This document shows, in pieces, positions 1 to 10,259 of a DNA stretch of 64,000 nucleotides (its first letter is position 1; every line of letters starts with the position of its first letter). The stretch is from an uncultured candidate division Zixibacteria bacterium. GTDB taxonomy: Bacteria; Zixibacteria; MSB-5A5; GN15; FEB-12. The position numbers were made by a program, and so were the translations under genes. Under the pieces are notes generated by a model. That model did not search any database. It was not told where the DNA came from and saw nothing but the letters and a program-made list of their open reading frames with translations. The stretch is taken from contig CAVTJJ010000003.1 in NCBI GenBank assembly GCA_963735035.1, positions 672,001-736,000 of the forward strand, given 5' to 3'.

Positions 1-152
1 TAGCCATCGCCGTCGAAATCAGCGCAGAACACCGACCACGGACTTCCACCGATTACGTACTGAGTGGGGTCCTCCAGATGGCCACTTTGGGCCATTACCA
101 TTCCGCAAGGAATGAAGAAGAGACCGAATATGACAAATGCGCTTCTCAGCAT
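1..152 (-). CDS. 5' part of a secreted FG-GAP/VCBS-repeat protein (runs off the window)
   Basis: Own translation of the minus strand from the ATG at 152: MLRSAFVIFGLFFIPCGMVMAQSGHLEDPTQYVIGGSPWSVFCADFDGDG. Signal peptide followed by the FG-GAP-type motif ADFDGDG; G-rich RBS upstream. Not in the ORF track. Confidence 0.75.
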   Translation of the reverse strand, partial: MLRSAFVIFGLFFIPCGMVMAQSGHLEDPTQYVIGGSPWSVFCADFDGDG

Positions 153-397
153 ATAAACCCCCGGTTCGTCTAGTTGCCCAACATTAGTAGTGTCGGACGT
201 AACTAACAATAACTTTGTCTATCGACGGATGGAATTTCCCTATGCCGGCATGGGAAGGTCGAAATTAGGTGCCTGGCGGGCAATTTGGGCTCGCGTACCT
301 ATTTTTGTCGGATGGCGATGTTTACAATTGCAGTCAGGGTAGGTTCGAACTATCTGTACGACCGCCCCGAATACAATCGCGGGCAGACTGAGGTACC

Positions 398-2056
398 ATG
401 GGCTCGTTTATCGATCTGCTGGCAAACAACGATCTGCTGCTGCTGTTCACGGTCATTGGACTCGGCTACCTGATCGGAAACATCAAGATCTTCGGCTTCA
501 ATCTCGGCGTGGCCGCGGTGCTATTCGTCGGGATCGCGTTCTCGGCGATTGACGCACGCTTATCGCTGCCTGATCACATTTATGTAATTGGCTTAGTACT
601 GTTTGTCTACGCCGTAGGTCTGCAGGCCGGACCGGGCTTCTTCGCCTCGTTCCATCGACGCGGCCTCAAGATCAGCGTGATAGCCGCCTTGATATTGTCT
701 GGCGGCGCGATCGTCGCCGGCCTGGTGGGCGGCGCCCTCGGGCTGTCAGCGGCCAGTATCGCCGGTCTGTACTGTGGCGCCTTGACCAACACACCGGCTT
801 TGGCGGCCGCAGTCGAAGCCACCAAGAATATGGCCGCCGCCCTGCCGCCGGATCGAGTTGATTTCTTCGTCAACAGTCCGGTCGTTACTTATGGCCTCGC
901 TTATCCCATTGGCGTTTTCGGTATGATCCTCTGGATGTTCATCTTCACCAAGATCTTCAAGGTGGATTTCAAGAAGGAAACCGAGGATCAGCGTCGTGAA
1001 GCCGAAGCCGAGGCAGTCGTCAGCCGTACCTACCGGGTTTCCAACCCTGCCGTTTGCGGCAAGTCGGTCGATCAGTTCATGAGCTCACTTGAGAATCCAA
1101 ACTTCGTGCTTAGCCGGATCAAGAAGGGCGACCAGGTTATCGTCGTTGGACCGGACACAATTCTCGACGCCAACGATCTGGTGGTCGCCGTCGGACCTTC
1201 GAAAGCCCTTCACACGGTCTATATGCTCCTCGGCGAAGAAAGTAATGAGCACATCGCCGAGCGCCGCGATGAAACCGCCTACCGCTGGTTCTTCGTCTCG
1301 AAGCATGAACTGGTCGGCAAGACGATGGAAGAGCTGCGGCAAATGCGGGCTTATGTCGGTATCGTCACCCGTGTCCGACGCGGCGATGTCGAATTTGTCC
1401 CGACACCGCACACCTCGTTGGAAATGGGCGACCGGGTGCTGGTTGTCTCCCCCCGGGCCGAAATCGACAAAGTATCCGGATTCTTCGGCGACTCGCTCAA
1501 GGGTCTATCGGAAGCCGACTATCTGTCGCTGTCATTGGGAATTGTGTTGGGGGTGATCGTCGGCATGCTGCCGATTCCATTGCCGAATGGTACGTCGTTC
1601 AAGCTCGGCTTCGCCGGTGGGCCGCTGGTGGTGGCGCTGATACTCGGCCGCCTTGAGCGCACCGGCCCGATCCAATGGACTCTTCCCTTCAACGCCAACC
1701 TCGTGCTGCGACATCTCGGTCTGGTCTTCTTTCTGGCCGCGATAGGCACCAAAGCCGGCCACGGCCTGAGCGAGACGATGAAGACCGGAACGTTCGGCCT
1801 GATCCTGGCCGCGGTTCTGATTACATCTTTCGTAGCCGTCACGACCCTTATGGTCGCCTTTCGATATCTCAAACAACCGATGTCCTCGGCTATGGGATTG
1901 CTATCCGGCATTCAGACTCAGCCGGCTTGCCTGGCGTACGCCAATCAGCAGGCCCAGAATGAACTCCCTAACCTGATGTATGCGACCGTTCAGCCGGCGT
2001 CGATGATCGCCAAGATCATGCTGGCGCAGATTATCGTGACGACACTGCTGTTGTAA
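398..2056 (+). CDS. AspT/YidE/YbjL-family transporter with two TrkA-C domains
   Basis: Motifs GLVLFVYAVGLQAGPGFF, GALTNTPALAAA and GGPLVVALILG; soluble TrkA-C-like middle region; GAGG RBS. Confidence 0.9.
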   Translation: MGSFIDLLANNDLLLLFTVIGLGYLIGNIKIFGFNLGVAAVLFVGIAFSAIDARLSLPDHIYVIGLVLFVYAVGLQAGPGFFASFHRRGLKISVIAALILSGGAIVAGLVGGALGLSAASIAGLYCGALTNTPALAAAVEATKNMAAALPPDRVDFFVNSPVVTYGLAYPIGVFGMILWMFIFTKIFKVDFKKETEDQRREAEAEAVVSRTYRVSNPAVCGKSVDQFMSSLENPNFVLSRIKKGDQVIVVGPDTILDANDLVVAVGPSKALHTVYMLLGEESNEHIAERRDETAYRWFFVSKHELVGKTMEELRQMRAYVGIVTRVRRGDVEFVPTPHTSLEMGDRVLVVSPRAEIDKVSGFFGDSLKGLSEADYLSLSLGIVLGVIVGMLPIPLPNGTSFKLGFAGGPLVVALILGRLERTGPIQWTLPFNANLVLRHLGLVFFLAAIGTKAGHGLSETMKTGTFGLILAAVLITSFVAVTTLMVAFRYLKQPMSSAMGLLSGIQTQPACLAYANQQAQNELPNLMYATVQPASMIAKIMLAQIIVTTLLL

Positions 2057-2101
2057 GACTCACATCCGTCATGCGCTCTAGGCCGGGCATCTATTCAGAA
2101 C

Positions 2102-2187
2102 CGTAGGTCAGGCGAACTTGACGACCGACATCTGGTAGGCCGGGTTTACGGAGTCGTGAGCGAAGCGAATGACGACAAACCCGACAT
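2102..2187. repeat. GTAG-led REP-like palindromes downstream of the transporter
   Basis: GTAGGTCAGG...GACCGAC and GTAGGCCGGGTTT...AAACCCGAC imperfect hairpins. Confidence 0.45.
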
Positions 2188-2230
2188 TCGACATCGCGAA
2201 CATGAAGCGGACGTATCACGCATAATTCTA

Positions 2231-2260
2231 TTGACTCCCTTCCGGTTACGGTTGTATCAT
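2231..2260 (+). promoter_or_regulatory. sigma70-type promoter
   Basis: TTGACT-18nt-TATCAT upstream of the GGAG RBS and ATG at 2293. Confidence 0.5.
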
Positions 2261-2292
2261 TGCGCTACAGCTTCGACAGCGGAGATTTCGGA

Positions 2293-3132
2293 ATGACATC
2301 CGTTCCTGACTTTGCCCGGAACATTCTAATCGGTTTTGTGATCTTTGTCGGACTTCCCCTTCTCGCTTGGGGAGTAACCGACCTTCGTGGTTTCTACAAT
2401 GACGAGATCAGGCAGGGTTACCTGGCCATGTTGGTTCTCTTGCAGGTAATTCAAATACTTCAACCTTCGAAGGTCAAGGCGGACGACGATACTTATGACA
2501 TGACCGTGAAACGACAGGAAGGGTCGGTGCGGTTGTTGCAGACCATTTCACTGTCCATTCTCCTCATCACCCCTTATTGTGACGGCCGGAATATTGCTGT
2601 GTTCGAAAGGATATATTGGGTTCAAGTGTGTGGACTATCCCTGATTGCGCTAGGCCTGTACATGATGCATAGGGCCGAAGAAACAATCGGTCGCCTGTTC
2701 AACGTGCAAAGCGCAATTCAGGAAGTGACTCGTTTTGAAACCGATGGAATCTACTGGTATATGCGCCACCCAATGGATTTGGGTGTGATCATGGTAACTC
2801 TCGGCATGTCTCTGGCCTTTCGATCCTGGGTTGGGCTAATACTTACCGCCGCCATTACTCTGGTGATGCTTCGGTGCATCCGTGACGAAGAGAGAGAGAT
2901 GAGCAAACGATTCGAGGAAGATTGGGAGTACCACTGTGGCTGTACCTGGGCACTGTTCCCGCGTCTATCTATTCGTAGGACTATGATAGGGGCTTTACTA
3001 CTGCCATCAGAACCCGATGTGGAGCCACCTGAAGATATAGAAACACCCGGCCGCGATCAGACCACTCGCCGGAATCGTCAGCAACCAGGCCCAGACGATT
3101 CTCCCGGCCACACCCCACTTGATCCCCGATAG
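2293..3132 (+). CDS. Isoprenylcysteine carboxyl methyltransferase (ICMT/PEMT)-family membrane protein
   Basis: Motif TDGIYWYMRHPMDLG...EEREMSKRFEEDWEY; several TM segments. The 3' end overlaps the convergent pit gene by 126 nt, so the true stop may be earlier. Confidence 0.75.
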   Translation: MTSVPDFARNILIGFVIFVGLPLLAWGVTDLRGFYNDEIRQGYLAMLVLLQVIQILQPSKVKADDDTYDMTVKRQEGSVRLLQTISLSILLITPYCDGRNIAVFERIYWVQVCGLSLIALGLYMMHRAEETIGRLFNVQSAIQEVTRFETDGIYWYMRHPMDLGVIMVTLGMSLAFRSWVGLILTAAITLVMLRCIRDEEREMSKRFEEDWEYHCGCTWALFPRLSIRRTMIGALLLPSEPDVEPPEDIETPGRDQTTRRNRQQPGPDDSPGHTPLDPR

Positions 3133-4038
3133 ATTCTGAGTCGCACCGACCCCGACAATGGCGCCGGTAATTGTGTGGGTGGTCGAGACCGGAATCCCCA
3201 TGTGGGTGGCCATGAACAGTGTGGCGGCGCCGGCCGTTTCAGCGCAGAATCCGCCTACCGGCTTAAGCTTGGTGATCTTCATCCCCATCGTCTTGACGAT
3301 CCGCCACCCCCCGAATGCCGTTCCGAGTCCCATCGCCAGAAAACAACTGAGAATGATCCACGAAGTCTGAGGATTCAAGAGCGACAGCTTCTCGTCCGGT
3401 TTCATCACACCACCGGCAATGAGAAGCGCCATGATAATACCCATCGTCTTTTGAGCGTCGTTGCCGCCGTGCCCCAGTGAATACATCGCCGCTGAGACAA
3501 GTTGTCCCTTTCGGAACAGACGATCAATGTCGGTCGGCCGCCAGCGACGAAAGATCCAATATACGGCTATCATGATCCCGAAGCCGACCACCAACCCGAT
3601 AAGCGGCGCGAGCGGAATGAAACGGGCCGTCATCCAGATGGTACTCCATTGGATAACTTCAGTGCCCTTGTAAGCCAACCCTGCCCCGGCGACACCGCCG
3701 ATAAGCGCGTGTGACGAGCTGGTCGGCAAACCCACCCACCAGGTGATCAGGTCCCAGACTACGGCTCCAAGCAGGCCGGCCAGCACCACGTAAACATAGA
3801 CCGTATCAGTGCCATCAATCTTGACGATCTTGGCGATCGTGTCGGCCACCCGCGGCGCAAAAATGAACATCGCAACAAAATTGAAAAACGCCGCCCACCA
3901 GACTGCAACCCTCGGACTGAGTACTCGAGTGGAAACGACAGTGGCGATAGAATTGGCGGAATCGTGAAAACCGTTGATTACGTCAAAGATCAACGCTATC
4001 ACGACCGTGACGATGACGACGATCATAACCGGAGTCAT
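3007..4038 (-). CDS. pit: PiT-family inorganic phosphate transporter
   Basis: Signature motifs NGFHDSANSIATVVSTR, HGGNDAQKTMG and GIPVSTTHTITGAIVGVG. Confidence 0.95.
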   Translation of the reverse strand: MTPVMIVVIVTVVIALIFDVINGFHDSANSIATVVSTRVLSPRVAVWWAAFFNFVAMFIFAPRVADTIAKIVKIDGTDTVYVYVVLAGLLGAVVWDLITWWVGLPTSSSHALIGGVAGAGLAYKGTEVIQWSTIWMTARFIPLAPLIGLVVGFGIMIAVYWIFRRWRPTDIDRLFRKGQLVSAAMYSLGHGGNDAQKTMGIIMALLIAGGVMKPDEKLSLLNPQTSWIILSCFLAMGLGTAFGGWRIVKTMGMKITKLKPVGGFCAETAGAATLFMATHMGIPVSTTHTITGAIVGVGATQNLSGIKWGVAGRIVWAWLLTIPASGLIAAGCFYIFRWLHIGF

Positions 4039-4040
4039 GC

Positions 4041-4671
4041 TCAGGACGCCTCGATCACTATACCCTGGACGATATTGGCGACTTCCTCACACCGGTCGGT
4101 GGCCTTCTCCAGCCTCTCGAACAACTCTTTCCATTTGATCAGTGTCACCGCCTCCCGCTCTTCCTTGAAGAGACGCGCCAGCGCCGCTCGAAGCACCTGG
4201 TCGCCTTCTTTTTCCGCGTCGTAAACCGCCTGGCAGCAACGCTCGATCTCATCGCCATTCTTGCTCAAGTGCTTCAGTTCGCCAATCGCACGTGAAAGAT
4301 GAACGGAGGCTCGCACCAGAACAGTTGTAAGCTGCTTGACTTCGGTGCGCATCGTGGTCATCTCGTAGAGCATCATGCGCGACGCCGATGGCATCGACCG
4401 AATCGATAATGTCATCGAGCCGGGTGATAAGCTTGTGAATATCGGAGCGGTCAATCGGCGTCACGAAGGTTCGGTGAAGGGCGTCGATGCAGCCGTGGGT
4501 TATCCGATCGGCTTCATGCTCGATAGCCTTGATTCGGCTGGCTCGCTCGTATAGCTTGGACGGGTCGGCGCAAATCGCATCCAATTCGGCGCAGGCCTCG
4601 CACGTCAGCTTGGCATGATCCTCGAAATACTTGAAGAAGTTGGTTGTTTGGGGAAGAAGTCGCTTGAACAT
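4041..4671 (-). CDS. DUF47 (PhoU-like) phosphate transport regulator, apparent +1 frameshift near 4386
   Basis: N-half MFKRLLPQ...IEHEADRITH...TFVTPIDRSDI joins C-half ...EKEGD...LEKATDRCEEVANIVQGIVIE if one G is removed from ATCGGCGTCG; lies directly upstream of pit. Confidence 0.85.
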
Positions 4672-4996
4672 TTCCGCGCTCCGATTAGGGCCACACCGCA
4701 CGCCGAATAAGTTGTCAAATCCGGGCTACCACACCGCTATCTCGCCCAAGCGTAACACATGACGGGGCATAGGTCAACGGCATTTTCTACAATTGCTCGG
4801 CGGCGCACGTCCCCGCCCCGCTCCCGCAAGTCGCTGTCGTACGGAATGTTGCGCCACACGCGTCAGTTCGCATGATCGACCTTACCGGCAGAATTAGTTG
4901 CGTAAGGGCTTTGTTCAAGTCTATATTTCGTTATCAGCTTTCTGGACGAAGTGGGTATCGAACAGCAATCGATACTTTGGGCGGCACACCAGCCAA

Positions 4997-5112
4997 GTCA
5001 TTGGGAGTGGAGATGCCCCGCCGCGAGGCGGGACATCGTAGCGCGGCAATCTCGATTCGTCGGCATCTATGCGAGCCGGCAGATGTGGATCAGCCGCGGC
5101 GGACCGGGCACT
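4997..5112 (+). repeat. ~115-bp dispersed palindromic repeat, copy A
   Basis: GTCATTGGGAG...GCGCGGCAATCTC...GAGCCGGCAGATGTGGAT...GGACCGGGCACT; matches the reverse complement of 49590-49705 and 30841-30948. Confidence 0.85.
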
Positions 5113-5355
5113 AGTAGGGGGGCTTGCTACAAGCCCCCACTCCTGACAGGACTACGTGGGTCCTGCTACAAGTCAAGCTACGAATCTACAGTCAGGCTAA
5201 GTTCCGCCTGCCATGAGCTTGTCGAAGGGTCGAAGCCTGAGTTACCCAATGATCACATGTCATCTCACCAAGCCACCCTTCGTCAGGCTCAGGGTGACTT
5301 TTGGGTTGGCTACTATCTTCTGTTGGCGGGTTTGAAGCACCCCCCCCCTACGAAT
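5113..5355. repeat. Mosaic of further REP-like palindromes
   Basis: GTAGGGGGGCTTG-CTA-CAAGCCCCC; inverted pair TGAGCTTGTCGAAGGGT ... ACCCTTCGTCAGGCTCA; a reversed GTAG unit ending in CCTAC near 5350. Confidence 0.6.
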
Positions 5356-5542
5356 CCCATTCCATCGTCGGCAGGTGAATACCCGCTGCGGCGGCCTCGC
5401 GATCACCAGCTCGGGGGGGTTGTTTTTCGCCCCATTCTCCCTTATGTTCCACCCCACATCTTTGGGAAGCCGCCACCGGGCGCACCAGCTAGGACCTGTC
5501 CGATAGAAACGCCGAATGACCGCTCTAGTAAGGAACGCCACC

Positions 5543-8500
5543 ATGCTAAAGACCTGTTGCCACCGGCTCTCGACCCTGGCCGTCGCGATCATCTTCGCCG
5601 CCCCGATTGTCACCGCCGAAGCCCCCCCCTTGAAGACTGCCGACTCAACCAAGCCAAAGTGGGATGTCACCGTCCCGAATGTCCCGAGTGACACCGTTGA
5701 ATTCAAGACTTCCGAAGGTACCTGGATCACTCTGGACGTCTCCCCAGACGGTCGCGAGATCGTGTTCGATCTGCTGGGCGATATCTACAAGATGCCCGTA
5801 ACCGGCGGCGAAGCTGTTCTTCTGGCCGGCGGCCTGGCGTATGAAGTCCAGCCCCGGTTCAGCCCCGACGGCAAGAAGATCATATTCACTTCTGACCGGG
5901 GCGGCGGCGACAACATCTGGATGATGAACGCCGACGGCACCGAACCCGTCCAAATCACCAAAGAAGATTACCGTCTGCTCTGCAATCCGGCCTGGCATCC
6001 CAGCGGCAAGTACATCGTGGCGAAGAAACACTTCACCAGCGAGCGAAGCATGGGTGCGGGCGAAATGTGGATGTACCGCGTACCCGAAGGCGGTGATGGC
6101 GTCCAATTGACCAAGCGCAAGAATGACCAGCAGGACGCCAACGAGCCGGTGTTCTCGCCCGATGGAAAGTATTTGTATTGGGCCGAGGATATGTCTGGGG
6201 GCGATTCATTCGAATACAACAAGGACCCCAACGGCACTATCTATGTCATCCGCCGCCTCGACTTGCAGACCAATGAAATCCAGAACATAATTAGCATAAA
6301 CGGCGGTGCCTGCCGACCGCAAGTTAGTCCCGACGGCAAAACTCTGGCTTTTGTGCGCCGTGTGCGCGAACGATCGGTGCTAAGCCTGTTCAATTTCGAC
6401 AACAATCAGGTGCGTCACCTGTGGGACGGCCTCAGTGAAGACCAGCAGGAAACCTGGGCGCTGTTCGGCGTCTATCCGGGCTTCTCCTGGACTCCCGACG
6501 GCAAGAATATAGTTATCTGGGCACAGGGGAAGATCTGGCGTGTGGATGTTGCTTCCGGCAAACCTACCGAGATCCCGTTCCATGTCACTTCAAAGCAGAT
6601 TGTCGCGAAAGCACTGCGGTTTCCGGTAACGGTCGGCGAGGCAACGTTCCCGGTGAAAGTGATCCGTTGGCCGCAAGTGACTCCAGCCGGCAACGAGACG
6701 GTTTTTCAGGCGCTGGGATACCTATACAAGAAGACACTACCCACCGGCACCGCAACGCGAATCACTCGTCAAACAGATCATTTCGAATTCGCCCCGGCCC
6801 TTTCTCCCAACGGCCGCGAAATCGTTTTCACGACCTGGAACGACACTCTCGGAGGCACGATACGCATTGTCGGCCTCGATGGAACAAAAGAGCGCGTTCT
6901 GGTCGCGCGACCGGGCCATTATGTGTCCGCACAGTTCTCGCCCGACGGCAACTGGGTGGTCTATCAGCGCGGCGACGGTGACGGCTACCGCGGCCGCCTC
7001 TGGCAGAATGATCCGGGCATTTACCTGATCGACGCCGCAGGAAAGACCGAACCCCGGTTCATCTCACGCGATGGCGCCGCTCCTCGTTTCTCGAAAGACG
7101 GCCAGCGCATCTACCTGATTTCCAACGAAGGCGAATCGGCCTGTCTGGCCAGTCTGGACCTGCTCGGATCGGATCGCCGGGTTCTGGCCACCTCAAAACG
7201 CGCCACCGATTTTGTTCTCTCTCCCGATGAACAATGGCTGGCTTTCGAAGAACTCTGGCAGACTTATGTCGTCCCGTTCCCGCACGTCAGCTCTCCAGTC
7301 GAAATTGCCCCTGAGATGAAGAATCTTCCCGTGCGCCAGCTCTCCACCGACGGCGGTACTTATCTGAGCTGGTCGACCGACAGCAAGACCGTGCGCTGGA
7401 GTCTAGGACCGGAGCTCTTCAGTAACGTTCCGACTGCACTCTACTCCAAAGACACGTCGAATATCCCCAAGGCGACGGTGGCCAATCTCGGTTGGAACGA
7501 GAAGGCTGACATCCCCGGCACCGATCTGTATTTCGTCGGCGCCCGTATCCTGCCCATGAACGATTTGTCGGTGATTGAAAACGGCGTCGTTCATGTAAAG
7601 GGAAATCTGATCACCGAAGTCGGCACTCGCGAACAGGTGAAGATTCCGAGCGGCGCTAAGACAATTGATGTCTCCGGCAAGACCCTCATGCCCGGCCTGA
7701 TCGACATCCACGCCCATCCCGGTTCGTCGCGGCAATCCATGTACGCGCAACAGACGTGGGGCTTTCTCGCCAATCTCGCCTTCGGCGTGACGACCATGCA
7801 CGATCCGAGCAACAACAGCGAGATGATTTTCGCCACGGCGGAGCTCGAAAACCAGGGCGTTATGCTCGCGCCGCGCATTTTCAGCACCGGGACGATTCTC
7901 TACGGTGCGGAAGGAAATTTCAAGACCACGATCAACAAGTACGAAGACGCCGTCAACGCGGTCAAACGGACCATCGCCTGGGGAGCAATCTCGGTCAAGA
8001 GCTACAATCAGCCCCGACGCGAACAACGGCAGATGATTATCAAAGCCGCCCGAGAACTGAATACGATGGTTGTCCCCGAGGGTGGTTCGACGCTTAACAA
8101 CATGATGACGATGCTGCTCGACGGCCATACGACGCTCGAGCATCCCGTCCCGGTGACGCCGGTGTACGACCCCGAACTAAGCCTGATGAGCCGATTCGGT
8201 ACCGGCTACACTCCGACTCTGATCGTCGGCTACGGTGGGCTCTGGGGTGAAAACTATTGGTATCAGCACTCTAATGTATGGGAAGACAAACGGCTCGCCC
8301 GTTTCACCCCGCGCTGGGCGCTCGATCCACGGTCTATCCGCCGCACCATGGCGCCGGACTCGGAATACCATCATTTCGCCCTCGCCAGAGTCGCTACGGA
8401 CATTCTTCATCGGGGCGGTAACGTCGAACTTGGCGCGCACGGGCAGCGTCAGGGCCTCGGCGCTCATTGGGAGCTCTGGATGCTGCAGCAGGGCGGCATG

Positions 8501-8794
8501 ACCAACCACGAGGCGCTCCGGTGCGCCACTTGGATGGGCGCGCGCAGTATCGGTCTCGATCACCGGCTTGGCAGTATTCAACCGGGGTTGCTGGCGGATC
8601 TGATTGTCATCGACGGCGATCCGTTGGTGGACATTCGGCAGTCCGAAAACGTCCTATATACGATGATAAACGGCCGTCTGTACGACGCTCAAACGCTGGA
8701 TCAGATCGAGCCGGAGAAGCGCCCCCTGCCCAAGGGACCGAATCTCGAGGGCGTCCTCGGCACCGACGTGAACCACTCGTGTGTGGACCACTGA
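5543..8794 (+). CDS. Secreted amidohydrolase with TolB-like (PD40) beta-propeller repeats
   Basis: Signal peptide, repeated SPDG motifs, then MPGLIDIHAH metal motif and GSIQPGLLADLIVIDGDPL; AGGA RBS before the ATG at 5543. Confidence 0.9.
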   Translation: MLKTCCHRLSTLAVAIIFAAPIVTAEAPPLKTADSTKPKWDVTVPNVPSDTVEFKTSEGTWITLDVSPDGREIVFDLLGDIYKMPVTGGEAVLLAGGLAYEVQPRFSPDGKKIIFTSDRGGGDNIWMMNADGTEPVQITKEDYRLLCNPAWHPSGKYIVAKKHFTSERSMGAGEMWMYRVPEGGDGVQLTKRKNDQQDANEPVFSPDGKYLYWAEDMSGGDSFEYNKDPNGTIYVIRRLDLQTNEIQNIISINGGACRPQVSPDGKTLAFVRRVRERSVLSLFNFDNNQVRHLWDGLSEDQQETWALFGVYPGFSWTPDGKNIVIWAQGKIWRVDVASGKPTEIPFHVTSKQIVAKALRFPVTVGEATFPVKVIRWPQVTPAGNETVFQALGYLYKKTLPTGTATRITRQTDHFEFAPALSPNGREIVFTTWNDTLGGTIRIVGLDGTKERVLVARPGHYVSAQFSPDGNWVVYQRGDGDGYRGRLWQNDPGIYLIDAAGKTEPRFISRDGAAPRFSKDGQRIYLISNEGESACLASLDLLGSDRRVLATSKRATDFVLSPDEQWLAFEELWQTYVVPFPHVSSPVEIAPEMKNLPVRQLSTDGGTYLSWSTDSKTVRWSLGPELFSNVPTALYSKDTSNIPKATVANLGWNEKADIPGTDLYFVGARILPMNDLSVIENGVVHVKGNLITEVGTREQVKIPSGAKTIDVSGKTLMPGLIDIHAHPGSSRQSMYAQQTWGFLANLAFGVTTMHDPSNNSEMIFATAELENQGVMLAPRIFSTGTILYGAEGNFKTTINKYEDAVNAVKRTIAWGAISVKSYNQPRREQRQMIIKAARELNTMVVPEGGSTLNNMMTMLLDGHTTLEHPVPVTPVYDPELSLMSRFGTGYTPTLIVGYGGLWGENYWYQHSNVWEDKRLARFTPRWALDPRSIRRTMAPDSEYHHFALARVATDILHRGGNVELGAHGQRQGLGAHWELWMLQQGGMTNHEALRCATWMGARSIGLDHRLGSIQPGLLADLIVIDGDPLVDIRQSENVLYTMINGRLYDAQTLDQIEPEKRPLPKGPNLEGVLGTDVNHSCVDH

Positions 8795-8834
8795 GAATTG
8801 ACTATTAGCAACTCTAATATTGGAGACCACCGCC

Positions 8835-10181
8835 ATGGCATTGTCTGAAGCAACCGTTGACCTGAAAAGGCAGCAAGATCCGGACTACAATAAGCACCCG
8901 CGCGGCTTCTGGTTCATCTTCTGGGGTGAACTGGCCGAGCGCGCCAGTTTCTACGGCATGAGAACGCTTCTGCTTCTCTACATGATCAACAAGCTCGGCT
9001 ACTCTGATGCCAACAGCGGCACGGTGACCCAGCTCTTTACCGCCTTCTGCTATATTCTGCCGATTGTCGGTGGCTACATTGCCGATCAGTACCTGGGCAA
9101 GTTTAAGACGATTATCTATTTTGCCATCCCGTATCTACTTGGCCATGTCATTCTGGGGACGTTCACCAATGAAGTCGGCTTCTACGTGGCCCTCATGCTT
9201 CTGGCCGGCGGATCGGGCACTATCAAGCCGAATATCAGCACCCTTATGGGTCTGATGTATCAGAAGGCCGGCAAGTCACACTTGATGACCCAGGCGTTCT
9301 CCTGGTTCTACATGGCAATCAACATCGGCGCCGCCGCCACAACTTTCACGCTTCCGTTCATCCGCGACAACTACGGCTATAGCGCCGCTTTCATGGCCCC
9401 GACCATTCTGATGGCTGTATCGCTCGGAATCTTCTTCCTCGGCAAGAAACACTACCCGGTCGAGGAGATCAAACGGGGCGTAGATAAGATTATCAAAACT
9501 TCCGAACAGAAACATGAAGACCGCCAGACACTCCTGCGCCTTTCAGGCCTCTTCCTGATGATTGTCTTCTTCTGGTCGATCTTCGATCAGGCCGAGTCTA
9601 CCTGGACGCTCTTTGCTCGCGATTACATGAACCGTGACATCAGCCTGTTCGGGTGGAACCGGAACATTCCGCCCGACGCTATTCAGAGCTTCAACCCGGT
9701 GCTGATTGTTCTGATGACCCCGCTGTTCGCCTGGATTTGGATGAAATCTGATCGCAGCAAGAAGTTCCGTCTCTCGTCACCCAAGAAGATGCTCCTCGGT
9801 TTCTTCCTGGTCATGCTCTGCATGGGTGTAATGACCGTGGCCGGATACCTTGCAGCAGAGGGCAAAGTCCCGATACTATGGGAGCTGGGAGCCTATGTTT
9901 TGATTACGATGGCGGAATTGTGCATTTCAGTAATCGGTCTCCAATTGGCCTTCGAGGAAGCGCCGGAGAGAATGAAATCGGTCATCACCGGCGTCTGGCT
10001 CTTCACGGTGTTTCTTGGCAACATCTTGGCGGCCTGGTTTGCGCGCATTTATACGTCGATGTCGCCCGGCAATTACTTCGGGATCATGACAATCATGATT
10101 GCAGTCGTTACGGTTCTGTTCTATTTCATTGGCCGTCGTTTCGAACACGGCTCCGGGAACAACTCAACCGCAAGCGCTTAA
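8835..10181 (+). CDS. POT/PTR-family proton-dependent oligopeptide transporter
   Basis: ELAERASFYGMR, GGYIADQYLG and FYMAINIG motifs. Confidence 0.93.
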   Translation: MALSEATVDLKRQQDPDYNKHPRGFWFIFWGELAERASFYGMRTLLLLYMINKLGYSDANSGTVTQLFTAFCYILPIVGGYIADQYLGKFKTIIYFAIPYLLGHVILGTFTNEVGFYVALMLLAGGSGTIKPNISTLMGLMYQKAGKSHLMTQAFSWFYMAINIGAAATTFTLPFIRDNYGYSAAFMAPTILMAVSLGIFFLGKKHYPVEEIKRGVDKIIKTSEQKHEDRQTLLRLSGLFLMIVFFWSIFDQAESTWTLFARDYMNRDISLFGWNRNIPPDAIQSFNPVLIVLMTPLFAWIWMKSDRSKKFRLSSPKKMLLGFFLVMLCMGVMTVAGYLAAEGKVPILWELGAYVLITMAELCISVIGLQLAFEEAPERMKSVITGVWLFTVFLGNILAAWFARIYTSMSPGNYFGIMTIMIAVVTVLFYFIGRRFEHGSGNNSTASA

Positions 10182-10216
10182 CAGCACCGGGGCAAACCCG
10201 CCTATGGTGAATTCTG

Positions 10217-10246
10217 GAACCGACCCTGCCCGGGGTCGGTTCTTTC
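10217..10246 (+). terminator. Hairpin, possible intrinsic terminator
   Basis: GAACCGACCCTG/CGGGGTCGGTTC stem followed by TTTC. Confidence 0.45.
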
Positions 10247-10259
10247 CTGAGAGGTTGAA

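Noticed and set aside
2960..3132. Functional convergent overlap between the ICMT-like gene and pit
   Set aside because: Family similarity ends near WALFPRL; the extension is more likely a lost stop or sequencing indel.
4951..5691. 246-aa ORF and other ORFs over the repeat mosaic (also 30779-31180, 49495-49748)
   Set aside because: These are translations of palindromic repeats, have no recognisable domain and overlap real genes.
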